32,000 nt of DNA from an uncultured Candidatus Rokubacteria bacterium (lineage in GTDB: Bacteria; Methylomirabilota; Methylomirabilia; Rokubacteriales; CSP1-6). The DNA is taken from contig CAWKCA010000047.1 in the NCBI GenBank assembly GCA_963848005.1, positions 757 to 32,756 of the forward strand, read 5' to 3'. The notes beneath the pieces were generated by a model, which saw only the letters and a list, made by a program, of their open reading frames with translations, did not search any database and was not told where the DNA came from. How positions within the stretch are numbered: the first letter of the stretch is position 1; each line of letters opens with the position of its first letter. The position numbers and the translations under genes were made by a program. Positions 30,130 to 32,000 of this stretch are shown in pieces.

Positions 30130-31185
30130 TCAGGGGCGTGACGCGCCGGCCGCCATCCCTCCGTACAGGCGACGAGCGTTGTCACCGAGGATCTTCCGCC
30201 GGCTCTCCGAGCTCAGATCCTCGCGCGACGCCATCTCGTGGAGGTTCTCCGGATAGTCGTGGTCCCAGTGAGGGACGTCGGTGGCATAGAAGACGATGTC
30301 GTCCCCGAGCCGGCGGACCACCTCGGGAACCGAGCCCTCGTCCCCCTCGGCGGCGAAGTAGAGCCGGCCGCTTCTCAGGTAGTCGCTCGGCTTCTTCGTG
30401 CACAGCGGTGCTTCCACCTCGCCTCGCTTCTTCCACTCCTCGTCCATGCGGTCCATCCAGAAGGGCAGCCAGGAGCAGCCGCCCTCCATGAAGCCAATCC
30501 GCAGGCGCGGATACTTCTCGGGCACCCCCTCGAAGATCATGCCGGTGAGCTGGATCATCTGGGCCACGGGATGCGAGAGGGTATGCACCTCGATGAACTT
30601 GTCGAATCCGTCCGCCCCGAAGGCGTGGGGACCCCGCACGGTGGCATGGCTGGCCACCATCGATCCCAGCCGCTCCGCCTCCGCGTAGATCGGATGGAAC
30701 TCCGGGTGTCCGAGCGGGAGCCGCAGGCCCACCGCGGGGGCGAAGGCGCCCACCATCCCGAGCTCGGTGACCGCGCGCCGCAGCTCCTTCACCGCCTCCG
30801 GCACGTCCTGGAACGGCAGCAGGGCCACGGCCTGCAGGCGCGGGCTCACGGTGAGGAATTCCTGGTGGACGAAGTTGTTGTAGGCGCGGCAGAGGGCGAC
30901 GGCGAAGTCGACCTCGCGCACCCATCCGATGGCCAGACCCCCGGTGGGATAGAGGATGGTCGCCTCCAGCCCGCCCTCGTCCATGATGCGAAGCCACGAC
31001 TTGGCATCGCTCACGTTGCTCCCCAGCCGCCCGCCGAGGGAGCGGTCCCAGCCGTCTTGCGGATAGTGCGAGGGGCGACGGGCCCAGAGTTCCCGCTCGC
31101 GCGGTGAACCTTCGAAGTAGGCGCGAACCTGCTCGGTGGACTCGGTGATGTGGCCATCGGCATCGATCACGGGGAATTCGGCCAT
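30130..31185 (-). CDS. Amidohydrolase family metal-dependent hydrolase (ACMSD/2-pyrone dicarboxylate lactonase superfamily)
   Basis: MAEFPVIDADGHITES...LEATILYPTGGLAIGW...VASHATVRG...RIGFMEGGCSWLPFWMDRMDEEW...FYATDVPHWDHDYPE; intact, RBS AAGGAGG. Confidence 0.93.
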   Translation of the reverse strand: MAEFPVIDADGHITESTEQVRAYFEGSPRERELWARRPSHYPQDGWDRSLGGRLGSNVSDAKSWLRIMDEGGLEATILYPTGGLAIGWVREVDFAVALCRAYNNFVHQEFLTVSPRLQAVALLPFQDVPEAVKELRRAVTELGMVGAFAPAVGLRLPLGHPEFHPIYAEAERLGSMVASHATVRGPHAFGADGFDKFIEVHTLSHPVAQMIQLTGMIFEGVPEKYPRLRIGFMEGGCSWLPFWMDRMDEEWKKRGEVEAPLCTKKPSDYLRSGRLYFAAEGDEGSVPEVVRRLGDDIVFYATDVPHWDHDYPENLHEMASREDLSSESRRKILGDNARRLYGGMAAGASRP

Positions 31186-31337
31186 CGCTACCTCCTTCAC
31201 TTGGACGACGCCCCTTGACAGGGTCGGCGCGTCCTGTGTAACAGCTACGCCCGTGGGTTGCTGGTGAAGGATTCTGGCCGACTTGGAGCGCCACGACAAG
31301 CGGCGCCGAAGACACCCGACCCGAAGGAGTGTGTGCG

Positions 31338-32000
31338 ATGAGCGAGGCCAAGGTGTTCATCTTCGCCCCCGTGAACGAAGCGCCCGAGACGCACCGGACC
31401 CTGGAGGCGAACGGGTGTGAGCTGATCCTGGGCAAGGCCTCCTGGGACACGCCCCAGGGGAACAGCGAACCCGAGATGGTGGGCATGGCCAAGGGATGCG
31501 ACGCCCTCATGGGCACCTCCATCCGAAACGCGCCTATCAGCCGGACGATCATGGAGAGCTCGGACCGGCTCCGCATCGTGGCCAAGTACACCATCGGCAC
31601 CGACGACGTCGACGTCGAGGCGGCCACGGAGCTGGGCATCTTGGTGACGCACGGCCCGACCGAATCGAACTGGGGCGGGGTGGCGGAGGGCACGATCACG
31701 GCCATGCTCACCATGCTCAAGAAGGTCCGGGAGCGCGACCGGCACCTCAAGCAGCGCGGCGAGTGGCGAGACCCCACCCTGCAGGGCACGTATCTCGGGT
31801 CCCGCGCCGACGGCTACGCCGGCATCACGCTCGGCCTGATCGGTCTGGGCCGGATCGGTCGCCGCATCGCCACGCTCATGCGGCCGTGGAACATGCGGAT
31901 CCTCGCCGCGGATCCCTACGTGCCCGACACGACGTTCGCGGAGCACGGGGTGACGCGCGTGGACCTCGACACCTTGCTCCGCGAGTCCGACGTGGTCAGC
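31338..32000 (+). CDS. D-isomer specific 2-hydroxyacid dehydrogenase, partial (runs off window)
   Basis: My translation: MSEAKVFIFAPVNEAPETHRTLEANGCELILGKASW...LRIVAKYTIGTDDVDVEAATELGILVTHGPTESNWGGVAEGTI...GITLGLIGLGRIGRRIATLMRPWNMRILAADPYV. Absent from the ORF track because it has no stop inside the window. Confidence 0.93.
   Translation, partial: MSEAKVFIFAPVNEAPETHRTLEANGCELILGKASWDTPQGNSEPEMVGMAKGCDALMGTSIRNAPISRTIMESSDRLRIVAKYTIGTDDVDVEAATELGILVTHGPTESNWGGVAEGTITAMLTMLKKVRERDRHLKQRGEWRDPTLQGTYLGSRADGYAGITLGLIGLGRIGRRIATLMRPWNMRILAADPYVPDTTFAEHGVTRVDLDTLLRESDVVS

Noticed and set aside
30182-31789. 535 aa minus ORF covering the amidohydrolase and start of the dehydrogenase
   Set aside because: Out-of-frame translation; the 30130-31185 minus frame carries the amidohydrolase motifs.

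Overview
High-GC bacterial (probably environmental or metagenomic) window, read directly from the sequence and the supplied six-frame track. The left ~3.4 kb is degraded: fragments of a VOC/PhnB-like protein, small secreted proteins and a BTAD-like C-terminus are broken by frameshifts and interrupted by a ~166 nt pure-G tract that looks like an assembly or sequencing artefact. The rest is mostly recognisable genes, several split by single apparent frameshifts. Main content: an exported papain-like (C1) cysteine peptidase; an MBL-fold hydrolase; tRNA-Glu(TTC) with encoded CCA, absent from the ORF track; an SDR; a compact same-strand cluster at 11.4-19.7 kb (HAD phosphatase, MobA/sugar-type nucleotidyltransferase, ATP-grasp, class III aminotransferase, Gfo/Idh/MocA oxidoreductase, CDP-alcohol phosphotransferase with a degenerate NTP-transferase-like N-terminus, CopD-like membrane protein, LPG-synthase/flippase-like membrane protein) followed by a convergent SAM methyltransferase; four luciferase-like (LLM) oxidoreductases; a Rho-like ATPase apparently lacking its N-terminal RNA-binding domain; purC; a gentisate-dioxygenase-like cupin with LLM, VOC and PPOX genes; an amidohydrolase; and a partial 2-hydroxyacid dehydrogenase running off the right edge. 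The best candidate for an undescribed system is the 11.4-19.7 kb cluster, which I propose makes and handles an unusual amino-polyol or inositol-type phospholipid headgroup. That function is inferred, not shown. No CRISPR array or convincing transposon was seen. Coordinates of frameshifted genes are approximate.
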